From assembly GCF_009834535.1 (NCBI RefSeq), contig NC_045697.1, positions 64,730,001-64,794,000 of the forward strand: a DNA stretch of 64,000 nt. The letters run 5' to 3'. The notes under the pieces are model-generated. The model was not told the origin of the DNA. It worked only from the letters and a program-made list of their open reading frames with translations, and did no database searches. Both the position numbers and the translations under genes were made by a program. Positions 13,950 through 27,200 of the stretch are shown here, one piece after another; within the stretch, counting starts at the first letter, position 1; each line of letters opens with the position of its first letter. This DNA is from Camelus ferus (lineage: Eukaryota).

Positions 13950-13976
13950 CATTCTTTCCCATTTTTCTAGGTGAGT
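13950..13976 (+). promoter_or_regulatory. Juxtaposed 3'/5' splice site, candidate recursive splice site
   Basis: cattctttcccatttttctag|gtgagt with AG at 13969-13970 and GT at 13971-13972, in non-repetitive sequence. Confidence 0.55.
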
Positions 13977-16099
13977 ATTTGTTCAAGCGAAGGGATAAGG
14001 ATGTGATTGAGTGAAAAAAAAAGGACTCACAATATCAGTAAAGATCTGCTTTGAAGAATGGCGTGAAGTAGTGGGGTGTGCGTCTCTCTTTGTAGTTACA
14101 ATCTATCACTCCTAATGGGATCTCTATGCATTTGATACAATGAGAGACAAAAGTAAGCTTTCACAACCCCTTACAATGTGAATAATGAACTATAAATGCT
14201 TCTGATCACATTAATGCACCAGGGAGAGTGAAATGAACAAGGAAAGAATTTAAAAAATGATTTTCATCAGATTTGGAAAGTAAATTTGAATTTATCAGGG
14301 CTGCTTAATAAATTTCTGCACACAGTGAGTATTTTAAAATTACTATAATAAAGTGATAATTATATACTATTTAATATATGGCATATATATGTATATGTGT
14401 CACACAGGGTTTATACATATTCAGAATTATTTTTTAGCTTTATCTAGGAAGAGGTTGCAGGAGGAGTGAGATATAGTATTACAAATTATAATGGGAGATG
14501 TAGTCATCAAAGATACTAAAATAGCTGAAGCATTAAATGAATATTTCCAAATACATTTACAAAGTAGAACATTTATGACCACCTATTCTATATCAGGATC
14601 ACTTTGGTAAAGGTAATAAGTATGACTAAAAAAAGTCAAGTATCTATATTTTCCAATTTGATGTGTTAGTAGCATAGAACAAAGCTACAAAAATTTTTAT
14701 TAGGTTTAAGTGCATTTCTTTCAGTTTCATGAGAATTGAAAATAAGTGTCTAACAGTTAATAGTCAGCCTACAACCTCAGCCTTCACTAAATAAGCAGGT
14801 TATTCAAAAACATTTTTTTCCATTTTATGTGAAAAGTCATTATTAATTCTTAACATCATAGTTATTGATCTGATTTTTCAGTACAGGGGCCTAGTTACAG
14901 TGTTCTATTCTTTTTCCCTTGTCTGAACCTTATTATAAATAGTGACATTTATATTGTTAAAGATAAAATAAAAGGATACTTTCCCCATACTTTGAATCAT
15001 TGAGTTTCATTGCTTGCAAAGTATATGGAGAGATTGGTCAAATTAATCTTCTCTGTTTAGTTGGCATGAAAGACAAAGGAAGGAAAGAATGAAACGGCAT
15101 CATCAAAATTACTAATCCTAAAACATAGCTTGAGGTGATGTGTGATTCATGGTCTCTTTTACGCAATTAAGAAACTGTTCAATAAACTGGAAAAGATAAT
15201 AAAATAAATGAGTTCACATGCAAACTTAACTAATTAAACTTTGTTACTTGGGTTATGGGTACATGTATATAAATTATGAATTTTAATTGTGTCATTTTAA
15301 GAATTATTATTTGAAGATTGATCATTGTATTCTTTGTTCCAGTATTTAATTTTTTCATTTTAAAAATAAGGATGATGATGTTAAAAATGGAATGTGACAT
15401 TGAAAATGACTTTCACAATGATTAGAATTATAAAAATAATATCTATTCATTTAGATAGTATTTTTTCATTCATAGAGGCATTTAAAGCATATACTATGTT
15501 TAGCAGCATTCTCAGTATGTATTAAGGAAGAACTGTTTGATTGAGGTCTTGAGAAGTTTATAGTCTCTTCAAAAAGACAAAGCATGCATACATACATAAA
15601 AGGGAGAGGGGGACATTAAGCCAAAGAAGTGTGTGATAAAATCTTGTTAACTCGGCTTTTACAAAGTAAAAATGAAGGAAGGGATCAAGCATCCTAGGGT
15701 AACCTTTGAACATTGTGCTCTACTATAGTTACTTCTTGGTCATCACCCAAAGAAAATATTGTTTGAAAAACTTGCAGAAAGTAGGAAGGATACTTCATAG
15801 CAGTATCATTACTTCATGTGAGTAAAAAAGTAGGAATAAGCAAAATGTATCTGTGGTTGGTAAGGAGTCTTTTCCTATATGGCCGAGAAACCACCTTATT
15901 TAGAAGACTATCTGCGTAAAGCTACAGTGTAGATAACGGAAGACAGGAAACTGGATAAAAAATGAGAAGTGAAGAGTAGATGAGCCCTCACTGGGTGTAA
16001 GTAAAGAGAATGAAAACCAGAAGCCAGAACTGAGCCTAAGGGAGACCTATGTAGTGGGCAGGAAAAGAACACAGGCACAATATGCTTCATAGGACCAAT

Positions 16100-16880
16100 C
16101 ATTAATTCATCATTACTGTGTATATACTATATACCAAAAGGACTGCCCTGGGCACTGAAGATTCTGCAGTGATGAGCACGCCCTTGCTTTTGACCAGCCT
16201 TCTGCCTGGTGGGAAAACTAGACATGTACACAAATCCTTCAGCCACATAGTAGGTACAGGAACATAGTCTGCCTAACGGCTATAAGGGAACAAACACACA
16301 AATCCAAATGCCTCTTTCTGTCTGGGAAGATGAGAAAAGAGCACATTGAATAGTTGACTTCTGCATTCAGTCTAAAAGAATGAATATTAATTTGAAAACC
16401 AGAAATAAAGTGGACTAAGATTCTAGGTTTATGAATTAGCAGGTACAAAGATATGTGAAAACAGAATGTAAGTTCAAATGACCACATACAGCTAAATAGA
16501 ACTGCAGCCCAGGAAACCCAGTGGGGAATCATAGGAAGTGAGGTGGGCACAAAGCAGGGATGGATCATTAAGGCGTTTGCTTGGAGTTTACCTTAAGACG
16601 CTGAGAAATTGTTAGGATTTAAGCATTTGATGCTATTGTATTCTACACTTTGAACCATCACTTCAGCTGTTGTGTAGAGGGTGCGTTCAAGTCAGGCCCA
16701 GAGTTCTGATTTGGTGGCCACTGATAAGCAATGATGAGTAGAATCTACTTAAATAATTGGTAGTGGAGAAGCAGAGAGCAGTGAAAAGCTTTAGAGAGAA
16801 ATAAAACCTGGCTACAATTACAAGTGAATGCAGGAGAGGAGGAATTGCAGAATACAGTCTAAGCATTGACTCAGGTGCTA
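16100..16880 (-). mobile_element. L2 LINE 3' fragment
   Basis: cattaattcatcattactgtgtatatactatatacc...gggcactgaagattctgcagtga is a reverse-complement L2 tail, followed by L2-like body sequence. Confidence 0.7.
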
Positions 16881-17029
16881 TATAACTAAATGTGGGTGGA
16901 AGGGTAAGTAAGGAGAAGAAGTATATGATGCTAATTTTAATAGATAATTAAAGAGAAAGGGTCAGGTATTTGTCCTGTCTTTATTATACGAACAATTTCT
17001 CATAGAAAAAGTTCCTAATTTTTAGAGAT

Positions 17030-17900
17030 GATTTTCAACAAATGCAGGAGGGATAACAAAATTAGAAAAACCACCACTTTGTAACTTATACTAAAATGAT
17101 ACATCCAGGTGATGATAATGAATGAATACACTAATCAGATGGATACTGGTAGGGAATTTGATAAGATAGGTCTCTGGTTGACATAATCTGAACCTGAAAG
17201 TAAGTCCCAGTATTACTAAAGTGGGATGATTTTATATTGTATTCGTCAGAATGTAATGCAGTTGAAAATATACAGGATCATGTGTGGAGCATCCTTTCAT
17301 TAAAAAAAGGCCCTGTAACTTATCAAGACATTAGCTCTAATTACCAGTTTATGGAAAATACCAAAACTGGTGGGAAAAAAAATCAACCAAAACCACAAAG
17401 AAGCAATCAAAGCTATGTCAAGAAAAGCGAAATTTAGTGCAGGTGATAGTATAGAATTAAGAAGAGACTTTAGAGATCCAATAATCAAATGTTCTTTGTG
17501 GAATTTTGGGTCCTGATTTGAACAACCAACTTTATAAAGAGCTCTTTGAAACAATCATAACATTTAAATATAAACTCAATGTTGGTGTAATAATTGGTGT
17601 AAATGTTATTTAGGATTTATTTTTAATTTTATTGGCTATATTATCTAATAAGCTTTTATTAATTAGAGATGCATACTGATGTATTCACAAATGGAAAGGC
17701 AAAGAACCATGAGTTTTATTTAACATCAAATAAAACAAAATAAAATAAAATAATATAAAAAGCTTTGTGGGATGGATAAAATTTGTTTGGGAACGTTTCT
17801 TAATCTCTGAAGCTTAGTGTTGGGCATTGGGTAGTGAAGTGTTCATTACAGTAGTCTTCTCTCTTTTTATGTTTAAAAACTTCCAAAATGAAAAGATGAA
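17030..17900 (+). mobile_element. Ancient L1 3' UTR (L1MC4/L1ME-like)
   Basis: gagactttagagatcc...gggtcctgatttgaacaacc...ttagagatgcatactgatgtattcac...gttcattacagtagtcttctct...ttccaaaatgaaaag. Confidence 0.65.
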
Positions 17901-17994
17901 AACAGATTAATTTTAATCAGGTTGATGTGCAGGTGTAGATTTTCAGTAGAACCTCATATAAACACATAATCTGGACTTTCCAGTGATGTATGCA

Positions 17995-19009
17995 CTAGAA
18001 TGATAGTCAATTTACAATGTCGTGCTAATTTCTGACGTATAGGATAGTGATTCATATATACGTATATGAATATATATATAAAATATACATAAACACATGT
18101 GTGTATGTGTATGTGTGTGTGTATATATATATATATATTTTTTTTTTTAAGTGGGCTTGCTGGATCATATGGTAAGTCTATTTTAGTTTTTTAAGGAAAC
18201 TCAATACTGTTTTTGATAATGGCCACACCAAAATACATTCCCACCAATAGTATAGGAGGGTTACCTTTTTCTACACCCTCTTCAGCATTTATCATTTGTG
18301 GACTTTTAAACGATGGACATTCTGACTGGTGTGAAGGGGATACCACATTGTAGTTTTTATTTACATTTCTCTGATAATTAGCAATATTGAGCATTTTTTT
18401 TTCACATGCCTATTGGCCATTTGTATGTCTTCTTTGGAAAATTGTTTGTTTAGGTCTTCTGCCTATTTTTGGATTCTTTGTTTTTTGTTACTGAACTCTA
18501 TGAGCTGTTTTTATATTCTGGAGATAAAGTCCTTGTGAGTTGCATCATTTGCAGTGTATTCTCCCATTTCATAGGTTGTCTTTTCATTTTATTTATGGTT
18601 TCCTTTGCTGTGCAAAGCTTGTAAGTTTAATTATGGCCCATTTGCTTACTTTTGCTTTTATTTCTGTTGCCTCAGAAGACTAACCTAGGAGAACATTGCT
18701 GTGCTTTATATCAAAGAATGTTTAGCCTATATTTTCTTCAAGGAATTTTATAGTATCTTGTCTTATGTTTAAATCTTTAAGCCATTTTGAATTTTCTTTT
18801 TGTGCATAATATGAGGGAGTGTTCTCAGCTGTCCAGCTTTCCCAACATCACTTCCTGAAGAGACTGTCTTTTCTCTATTGTATATTCTTGCCTCTTTTGT
18901 CAAAGATTAGTTAACTGTAGGTATGTGGGTTTATTCCTGGGCTTCCTGTTCTGCTCCATTGATCCATATGTCTGTTTTTGTGCCAATACTATGCTGTTTT
19001 GATCACTGT
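17995..19009 (-). mobile_element. Younger, lineage-type L1 3' portion with an internal deletion
   Basis: ORF 18191-18394 (-) resembles the L1 ORF2 C-terminus. gctggatcatatggtaagtctatttttagtttt is nearly identical to 53568-53600. A TA/TG repeat sits in the 3' UTR. Confidence 0.9.
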
Positions 19010-22000
19010 TTATTTGAGATTGTTATCATCTTTTTGAAGAAGGCCAGTATCGCTAAATCATTTGTTTTGTAACTTGTCTTCCGGTGCCTGGCCCCAGAAG
19101 TACGTGGAAAGTAGAGGAAAAGTAAAATTTCAAATACATTTAAAGAGTGAGAAAGGTAAAATTAAATGGGAAGGATTTGGTTCTTATCAATATACAGTCA
19201 AAATGGAAGCTTTACCTGTCAGGGGTATACTAAATATACTAGAATATGTAAGATATACAATCATAAGTGTACCATATAATTTTTCATTTTTTGATGATAA
19301 TCATGTGAAAATATAATTGATCATATTCCTTGTGTTTATACAGCTGGAGACCTTTAGTATTACAAACAGCAATAATGTTTATATTTGCTGAAGTATAAAA
19401 GAAATTTAACAGGTGTTTTCTAAAATTGTTCAATGCATTCCCTTTATGTAATAATGTTATCGTTTAAGGGAATGAAGCCATAAAGGATAGGGAAAGATCT
19501 TTATAGAGCTATGTCAGGCAGTTAATTGATAAAAATATGTTACTTGTATACATTTTGTGATGTTTGTGAGGTTGCTGATTTTTAAATTTGTATGTGTTTT
19601 TGATTCCTTCTTATTCATTCTGAGGAAATATTTATTGTCATACCTAATACTGCCTCCATAATTTTACAATTTTTTCAAAAGTAAAATTTCAGAAATTTTA
19701 ACAAAATCTGGGTCTAAATCTGTATGAGAGCCAAAGAAGAAGATGGCTTATGCAAGGAAGTGTAGTTGGCATTTATAAAAAATAAAAACTATAAAAGTTT
19801 TTGTCTCTCTTAGCTCTTGCCTAAAGTACAGAAGCAATTGACTATTAACAACACAAAAAATATTTTCTCCTTAAAAAGGTATTTTGAAAAATCATAAGGC
19901 TCAAAGTCCTAGGATACTCACACATGTACACACATACAAAGTAGCTTTTACTTCACAAATAAAATATGTTTAGTTCAGATGTGATCATTCCTTTCCTCCT
20001 CAACTCTGTCACACACTCCTGCTCCAGCGATAAAAAGAGAAAAGCTGCCCATCCTCTCTTCTTCACTTGATTTTTTGGTGTCAAGTCTGGGGAGGAAAGA
20101 GAATGCCACATGTGAAAATGAAATCTTTATAGCAAAGAGAGTAAAATGTAAGCAGAATGGGAGTGCTGCCTCTTTGGAGGATTTGAATAAAAGATATATT
20201 TCTTGTTAGTAAATCTGTAAAGTCAAATATTTAACTGAAATACTTTGTCCTTGATAAACTATAGTAGGACTCTAAAGTTTTTGCTCCCATCTGACCTGGA
20301 GAAGCAAATGTTCTGTATTCATAAATATACTTAACAGCAAATCAAAGATAATTAAGACCACAATCAGAAGATTTAGGTCAAGTAGTAATATATCAGTTTC
20401 ATAAAACATTTAGGTCAATGTAGATTTAAAAGGATTAATAATTTTATAAGAGATGCAATTTAACTTTTTCAAGTGTGTTTTATTCTAAATTGATTAAGTT
20501 ATTTTTTATTTAGAAGAATATAAATATGCTTAATTATTCATATGCAAATATAATTATTAGTGTTTTTGCATGTGTCCTTCAAAGAATAATAGTTTATTTA
20601 AATCTTATTGAAGTAACTCTAGACAAATTTTGTAACTTGATTGTTATTTTTCAGTAGCAAGCTTATATATTAGTGTTCAATCCACAATCCAAAATTTGAT
20701 CTAAATTCATCTTTTGAGCTAGAAGTAAAAAGCTTATGTTTCACAGAAGGTTTGTCCTTTTACCTTTTCATTTACATGTTTAACAGCACTGTAGGCATAG
20801 TTGCAAAATGATAGGCTACTCTTTTTTTTTGTAGTACATATCAAATTTGAGAATTTTCCATTTCATTTATCTATGTAGATAGCTCTAATTTGACCCACAA
20901 TCTTTCTATGAAAATCTAATTGAGTCCTTTTTATCCTTTTTGATGATGAAATCAGGGTAAGTCATAGGTAGAGTTGAGGAAAACCACAGAAGATTTATGG
21001 TAGTCCTGAGTTTGATTTCTTAATCAGTCACCTGCTTCTCTTATGACCAGCGGGGAAATTATTCACTCAATCTTAAGAGTATGGGAGCTATTTAAATGCT
21101 TTCATGTTCTCTAATATTTAATATGAAGTAGCTTTTTCCCCATCATTATCAGAATAATGGTGTAAAAAAAATTTTCCCCCATGATACAAAATTTTCTATT
21201 GCATCTGTGATTAGGAATGCTGTGGAGGCAGACCTTTCATTATTATTGAGTTTCAAAACAAAATATTTATCATTAACTTTCATTCTTCAGTGTTATTTTA
21301 ATACTTCACACTTTTGCTATTAAAAGAATCACTGACATTATGAGTGAGCAGATTTCAATGAAAGCAGCTTACTTGAACTTTTGAAAGGTAAACTAATTGA
21401 GAATAAAGCAACATAATAGTAGATCCATGTCATATCTTGATCCTGTTATGATGAAAATTTTTAGTAAAATATAATATAGGTTAAGGTTTATTTTTGGGAA
21501 CCTAAAATAGAGAAAGAATATTTTCTCTTTTTTTAAAAAAATATTCTTTTAACATATTTTCATTTAGGTCTGGAAATTGCAGTGAATTTTCTGCCTTACA
21601 TGGCTAGTGCAGTGAATAATTAGAAATCGTTTTAGACTAAAATTTCATCAATCTTGTTCTCTGAAATATATGTGAAATTATCCTGATACACTCAGATGCT
21701 TATCTTACTGAAACATATATTGGGAATTTATTAAAATAGATGGATTTTATATTAAAGAAATTAAATAGAAATATAATTTTTCAAGTGATGTAAGAATACA
21801 AAGTAATCATTCCAAAATATTTCAACTTTTTGATAACCATTTCTCATACTACCATGCTCTCTTCCCCCAATTGTTGTGATTAATAAAAATGTTTAAACCA
21901 GTAGAAACAACAATCTTCATTACTTATTTCATAAATCATGGAGATTCTAAGGAATAAATTCTCTATCTTCTGTTGTGGAACCATATGTATATCATAAACT

Positions 22001-24065
22001 CCCTGTGACTGTAGTTATGAATTAATGTGCTAAAGTAGTGCTCAAAATAGCTGATTGGTATAGATGGAACAAAGAGTCGTTAAAGGCCAGAAGTATAGCA
22101 GTTACAGTCATATAAAAATGACCAAGAGACAAACTGAAAAAGAGCATTAGGCTGCAAGTATATCAATTAAACTCCATCATTACTAGAGCAAGTGGCAAGT
22201 AAGTGAGAATGCCCTAGAAATCTAAGTATATGTTCCATAGTATTAGAACTATACAGTAGAATTAAAATTAGTATCCTATAAAGACTGATAATAGCTCTCC
22301 TTTTTTTTAAACTGCAACTTAAAGAAAAACCTCTAGGGAATTCAGATGAAATTGAAAAGTTGATTTACATAAATCTCCCTAATAAGAGTTGTGCAACTTC
22401 AATGTTTCATTTACTTTTCTGTCTTATATTTTCCACTCTGTATATATGTATGAGTACATAACCTAAGTATAGGAATATTATTAAAATCTTTGATATTTTA
22501 ATTATTTTCTTTAAAAAATAATTTTCTATCCAGTTTTTTTCCCTCTAATATATGCCTTTCGTTCCCCAGCCTTTCTTCTCCAAAATCAAGTGACATTTTA
22601 TAGAGAAATGGATGGCAAGTAAATGCCCTAAAAATGGCTAAGTATAATAAACAGCAGTTAGCATGACATTTTCAAAATTAGACTTGAAAAAAATATTTAT
22701 TTTCTGTTTATTTCTGTATGAATATTCTAGATGAGTAGTTACTATATTTTATCAGCCAGTGCTGTGTATAACATAGCACATTCAAGGTACAGTTACCAAA
22801 AGAACAATAAATGTTTGTGAATACTCAGTGAAAGAGGCATACACAGTATTCTTTCTGTAAGCAGGCTTACGTTAGCTTCACGTCCAGTAAACTCAATCCA
22901 GCATGAATTTTTATTTCTCCTCTTTATACTGTATAGTACATAATTTTATGAAATAATTATACTGTTCTATTTAAAATATCTTATAATTTTTCTTGACAAT
23001 TAAATTTGCCATTGTTCATTCATTATATTTTGATTATTATATACTTTGATTATTTGATTGAGATATTTTTATTATTTCAGTAATGAACATGAAATTTTAT
23101 CCCAAGTTATTGTAGAGAGTTTAAGTAATTTATATCCACACTGGTATCTATTAGATATGCTCATTTCCCTCCTAAATGAACAAGTATTTATTTAACAAAG
23201 GTCTACCTTAGGAATAGTGAAGCATTTTGATAGACACACTATTATGTTGCAAGTGAGCTGCATTGAATGTTGCCCTTTAATTACAGTGTAAAATGGATTT
23301 ATAATCACCAATCCTTGATCATGCATGTATTTACAACACAGCTTTTTTTAAAAAATGACATCTTTTTTTGTTATGAGTAAAAGGATGAATTATTTAGATT
23401 TCTGGGTTTTTATGCAAATAGATTTCCTCATATGTCTTCTTGCTGCAGTCTGCCCGGAACAAACATGCTCTAATATATGAATAATTACACTTTAAATGGC
23501 TTGTTCAGGATGCAACTCTAAATGGCACTTGTGTTGTGAGCAGTGATCATGGTCTGTATTTGCAAACAGTCTATTAGCCTTTTCAAAGACCTTCTTGGGA
23601 TACAAACATCTTGGCAAACAACCTGCTTTCCAGAGAACTTGGAGGATGTGTGTTTTTATGTATGTATTTTAAACTTGAGCAAGATGATCCAGGGAATTAG
23701 CACTAATAAATAAATATAAAGTGAGGTTTTATATCCTATCTTGACAATTTGTTAATATAATTAGCACCCTTCACTCTATCACTTTCAGAAAATTCTACTT
23801 TCTGTCTAACCTGTCTTTAAATTTATAGTTTGTCTATTTTCTCTAGTTCTTTCCCCAGAGTTAGTCACCATGATTCCTGAATATAATTATAATTAAATCA
23901 CTTACTGTTCTGTCTTCTATTGATTGATAAATTTATTACTTAATTTTGATCTTATCTCTAACATTTTAATAATAAATAACTACCTGTAAATATTTATTAA
24001 GTGATAAATGTATACTCAGCACCTGTGAGCCTTTTCTCATTTTTCTTAAAAATAGCTCTTATAGC

Positions 24066-24201
24066 GGGGAGGGTATAGCTCAGTGGTAGAGAGCATGCCT
24101 AGTATGCGTGAGGTTCTGGTACAATCCCTACTAACCCCATTAAAACAAACAAACAAACAAATAAATAAATAAATAAGAAACCTAATTACAAACCCCCTCA
24201 G
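24066..24201 (+). mobile_element. tRNA-derived SINE, camelid Vic-1 type
   Basis: ggggagggtatagctcagtggtagag (A box)...gcatgcctagtatgcgtgaggttctggtacaatccc (decayed B box), then an (AAAC)n(AAAT)n-cctaattac tail. TSD ttaaaaatagct at 24046-24057 and 24202-24213. Confidence 0.85.
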
Positions 24202-25859
24202 TTAAAAATAGCTTTCGAGATGCAGACTATAATTTGAAACCAAGCCTGTGTGACTTCACATGCAATAATCCTAACAATTATTTTTAGGCTTCTAAATTCT
24301 TTCTAAGATTCAGATACTTAACAATTTTAGGTGTCCCACCTTTCATCATTGTTTGATAAATGTGGATTCTAAATTGGTGTTTTGGATGGTTCTATTTTTA
24401 TCTCACAGATGATACTGTAATTCAACAGTGTTTGTGAATGAATAATGTGCTCACTAGTCCTGTTAGTTGCTTCCAAGAGAAAATTACAGAAAATTCATTT
24501 AAGTATCTCTTCTCATAATAAAGCATAATTTTTGCGGTTAACACAAAGAAAATGCAAAGGTAAAAGTTGTATCCAGCAAACTTGTTTAACAAAGTTCTTT
24601 TGAAGATTAAGTAATGTAGGCTAAGTGCTTGGCACAGTAAATGCTCCATAAATAGCTGTTACTCTACCTGTTCTGTGAGGTTACAGATAGCACACTGGTC
24701 TATTGCTGCATCGTTAGCCTTAAGCTTGAGTTCCACAACATGAAATGTTCACAAAATTATGTGTAAATGAAGATGTTAATGAATGATAGTTATTGAATAA
24801 AGGAAAGTGAGAGGATGATGAGTATTATCATTAAAACTGTCCATTAGAAGATGAGTTTTGAGTGAAACTTTAAGGAATATGAGTGACATGAACTGAGCAA
24901 CGCACATCAAGAGACCACCATTTATCTATATCCAAGATGAGGATGGGCTTTATTGCCTGAGATAGGTGATAGCGTGACACTTTATGCCATTTTGAGTATG
25001 ATGAATTGCTTACTCATTTTTCTGGTGACATGAAGCTAATGAGTTACTTACCTTCTTAAATTTTTATATAGTAACTTTTTATTTGTGTGCTCACTGGTAT
25101 AAAATGTGCTTTTTGTTCTATGTACTTATGGTGACTGCAAATTAACAAAGGAGTAAAACAAAGTTTATTCATCATAAAAATACACATTTTCAAGATAGGT
25201 ATAATCTTGTTTTCTGACAATATTGATCTAATGTTCCTTAGGTAATTCATTTCATGCATTTATTTAAACTTGAATTACTTCCAGGATGGTATTTCATAAT
25301 TACACTCATAGACAGGTCATGATTTTTGTTCCCATATTTGGTTATTTACACTGTAGATAGAAAAATAAACTAATTAGTAAATATTATGTTTAAAGAATCT
25401 TAATTATTAGCCTATCTGATGTTCTTTTTCAATGTTTTAGTCAAATTTCAGTGAGGATAAATGAGAAAAAATATAAATAAATTATAGTGATTGCAATCAG
25501 AACCTGCCCCAAAACTTAAAGACTTAAGAATAGAAAATTATTTATTCCTTAAAAAAGATCTAATCTACATTGTAGATTAGTATAATAGACTCAGGACACA
25601 AAAGTATGAATGAGTTGCATATAATAGAATAGAAGTTTATTAAGAGTCACAATGGACCAGTTTTTCTGGTTACTTTAATATTAAGTGTTTTAGATGCCAA
25701 TTACATCTTTCTATATCTCACTACTTAACTATAATTTAGAAACATCACATCTGATAAGATTCAGGTTTGTTTCTTATCCTAGCTTTAAGATTACATTTCT
25801 GTGACTAATCTTTTACATCACAGTTTAGATACCTTCCTATTTTTTTAAAAACACACATT

Positions 25860-26187
25860 TTGAACTCCCAATTTATCCCTTCCCACCTCCTTTTCCCCCC
25901 AGTAACCATAAGTTTATTTTCTATGTCTGTGAGTCTGTTTCTGTTTTGTAAAGTTCATTTGTGCCTTTTTTTGTTTGAGATTTGCAGATACTTGCTACTA
26001 TATAAAAATAGATGTACAAAAATTTCTTCTGTATAGCACAGACAACTATATTCAATATTTTATAGTAACTTATAATGAAAAAGCATATGAAAATGGATAT
26101 ATATGTATATATATGACTGAAACATTATGCTGTACACCAGAAATTAACACAACATTGTAAACTGACTATATTTCAAATTAAAAAAAA
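25860..26187 (+). mobile_element. Short 5'-inverted L1 3' end (twin priming)
   Basis: About 25860-25972 is antisense L1 3' UTR and 25973-26187 is sense L1 3' end with poly-A. Both halves match the L1 at 52.95-53.27 kb. 17-bp TSD at 25847-25863 and 26192-26208 (14/17 identical). Confidence 0.85.
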
Positions 26188-26974
26188 CCCCAAAACAACA
26201 CCTTTTGACCTTGATGAAGACTTTCTTAACCAAAAGGCACTGCTTCTGTCAAGATAGGAGAATACTATTTGAGGAATATTTAGACTGGAGTTATTTTTAT
26301 CAGAATCATACCAAATAACTTTTTATTTCAGTGTCAAATTCAGAGAACTAGACACTTCATAAACAATAATGGCACATCTATAAGAAATACCTCTAGGTCA
26401 AAATATTAATTGTAGCATGCATAGAAATAGTGAAAGCAATAATTGCATCAACTATGCTACTATGGGAATAATTATTAATGCCTAGAGATGGACTTCTTTG
26501 GGAAATAGTAAATTCTGCATCAGAGAATGTGTTCAAACATTAACTAGATGAACCATTCTCAGGGACATCATTGAAGAGGCTCAAAAATTGGATATTTTAA
26601 TTGTATACTTTTATAATGTTCATGTCTAACAAATCACTGAATTATTGTGAGATCATAGAAGATGAAAGAAATATTGATACGCATTATATGTTTAAATATG
26701 TGAGTTAAAATACTAGTGACTTATGTATTAAAGCATTTGTAGTACTGAAAATATCAAGAAAATTTTGTCTTGTTATAAAATGATTTTTTTCTGAATATAA
26801 TGACTTTGTCACTGGTATTAAAAATAAAAGCAGTGAAGATTTCTCACTATTTTGAATAAAGTAACAAATTTAACTCATCTAATATGGACCCATTTTTCAT
26901 TCCTGAAACCACCTTATTGTAAAGGTTTTATACCATATTTTTCAAAAAGTCTGAAATTTTGAGGAATGAGATGA

Positions 26975-27200
26975 TAGGAATAAACTCTCAAGTCAGACAA
27001 GCCCAAGTCCAAATTCATTCCCTAACAGTGTGATTTTGCTCAAGGTAGTCTCTCTAAGCCTCAGTTTTTCTCATCTGTGTAATAAGAGTCACAATTCTTA
27101 CTTAATAGGGTAGTTGTAAGAATTCACTAAGATAATGTCTCTCCAGTCCCAAACAGTTTCTTGTATATGTCAACCCCCCATAATTGTTTCCAATTATTTA
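26975..27200 (+). mobile_element. MIR SINE
   Basis: Core ctctctaagcctcagtttttctcatctgtgtaataag...tagggtagttgtaagaatt. Confidence 0.8.

Noticed and set aside
24066..24140. tRNA gene
   Set aside because: The tRNA-like head has a decayed B box, a simple-repeat tail and a TSD, so it is a SINE.
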